A stretch of DNA of 61,161 bases, counting the filler, from Hausera hauseri (Eukaryota), in assembly GCA_046269625.1 (NCBI GenBank). It is 12 parts of 12 records of this genome, joined end to end, with 100 filler letters (N's around TTAATTAATTAA, not from the genome) between each part and the next. Parts side by side here need not be neighbours in the genome. Positions count along the whole stretch, not along the records: positions 54,928 to 61,161 come from JBJURY010121761.1; 11 more parts are not named here. One strand, given 5' to 3'. Of the stretch, positions 59,941 through 61,161 are shown one piece after another. Every line of letters starts with the position of its first letter. Positions within the stretch are counted from its first letter, which is position 1. A model generated the notes under the pieces. That model was not told the DNA's origin. It ran no database searches and saw only the letters and a program-made list of their open reading frames with translations. A program made the translations under genes and the position numbers.

Positions 59941-60974
59941 CTTACCCTAAATAGGAACTATATAATAAAGATGACGACAGCGATTTTGAGTTAACTCCGT
60001 CCATAATTACACAATCTAAAAATGTTCAAGTTTCTAATGTTTTTTTAGCCAGTACTCCCGTTCCAGTTCATAATAAAACAGCTATTTTTCCTAAATCTCT
60101 TATTCAATCGATAGGTGTTCGACGAATTATACACTTAGCGAACACATCTCTCTTCCAAACACAAAATGCTTAACACAATACCAATCAGATACCTATCAAT
60201 CATTTTCCAACGCCCCAAAAGTAGTACCACTTATCTACAAATCTCCATTAAACACTGTTGTTACGACCAATCTAAGTATCACTCTTCATTTTACAACGAA
60301 TAACTTAGTGTCAGTGCTTCTGATGAATTGCGGCATTATTATCAATGCGAATTCGAACCCGTCAAACATTAAAAATTGAGCATCGAAAATGGACTCACAA
60401 TTTCTTTGCCGGCAATACCATTAACTTTCGTGAAATACTTTGTTCAAGTCGAAAAATCCCATAGCCAATCATCTTCACTCTGCATGCACTGTTGTTAGAC
60501 GGTCTTTGCAAAACTATTGTTTTGTAATTGCATGATGATTTGATTTTACAAACGGACAGATTTGGTATGCCTAATTCTAATGAACAAAAAAAGTTTTGGA
60601 ATCGTGTAAGAAGCAACTTGTTGTATTATCAAGCAAACTATTGTTTATTGCTTATCATATCGGCAGTTTTAAAAGTTTATTCCGTCCACATGCGATGATT
60701 GTTTTGATTTTGTCCATTTTGTTGATATATTTCTATGATATAGCGGATTTGGTGGATTTCACAATTTCATCGAATATTCGACTGGAAATTATTTTAGTTT
60801 CGCTGATTTGTGGATGTATGTTTGCCAGTTCTGAGGCTGTTTCGATTGATTCTATTTCTATTCCGCTGACAGTGATACTTGTCCATGCTTTATTCCGAAT
60901 GTGAAATATGAAAAACCAACTCAATGATACCACGAAATATTTTGAAGAAAGTTCAATGAAATTACTGAATAATA

Positions 60975-61161
60975 ATGGCAACCAACGACGATTTGTTTAA
61001 GGGTGATTCTGAAATCGACGTTTCGTTTCGGTTAATAAATGTCCTTGGAGCTCCTGATAAATGTGGGACATTCGAAAAGTTACAAATTGATTTTCCAACC
61101 GAAAATTCTCTTTATAAACATGTCGGTGATTATTTAAATGAAGATGGATTGGATTTGCTGC
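60975..61161 (+). CDS. CDK1/2-like kinase C-terminal fragment
   Basis: MATNDDLFKGDSEIDVSFRLINVLGAP...YLNEDGLDLL contains the GDSEID motif specific to cell-cycle CDKs. No upstream kinase motifs were seen, and it is cut by the window end. Confidence 0.8.
   Translation, partial: MATNDDLFKGDSEIDVSFRLINVLGAPDKCGTFEKLQIDFPTENSLYKHVGDYLNEDGLDLL

Overview
This window is not one locus. It is 12 short contigs (about 4-6.5 kb each) joined by an artificial 100-bp spacer (N44-TTAATTAATTAA-N44). The DNA is AT-rich, eukaryotic (animal-like) and consists almost entirely of decayed mobile elements. (1) Five copies or fragments of one Ty3/Gypsy family with CsRn1-type CHCC Gag motifs, here doubled, and a recognisable -1 frameshift pseudoknot. 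(2) Many pieces of Polinton/Maverick (adintovirus-like) elements that together cover AGTAG-starting termini, pPolB, a DEDD-like ORF, adenain protease, major capsid, two tandem minor capsid genes, integrase and packaging ATPase. (3) A nearly intact hAT element and four Tc1/mariner relics. (4) A teleost-like L2 LINE joined to AT-rich DNA, suggesting a fish-associated organism or host contamination (inference). (5) Short, divergent host-gene pieces (SRBD1/Tex-, M-Ras-, ZNRF-, CDK1-like, and an LRR gene). The most unusual item is contig 41862-46166. There a Gypsy integrase runs into about 3 kb of extra coding sequence: a signal/TM env-like region, then what look by eye like catalytically dead retropepsin and DEDDh exonuclease domains. 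All family assignments come from manual motif recognition; no searches were run.
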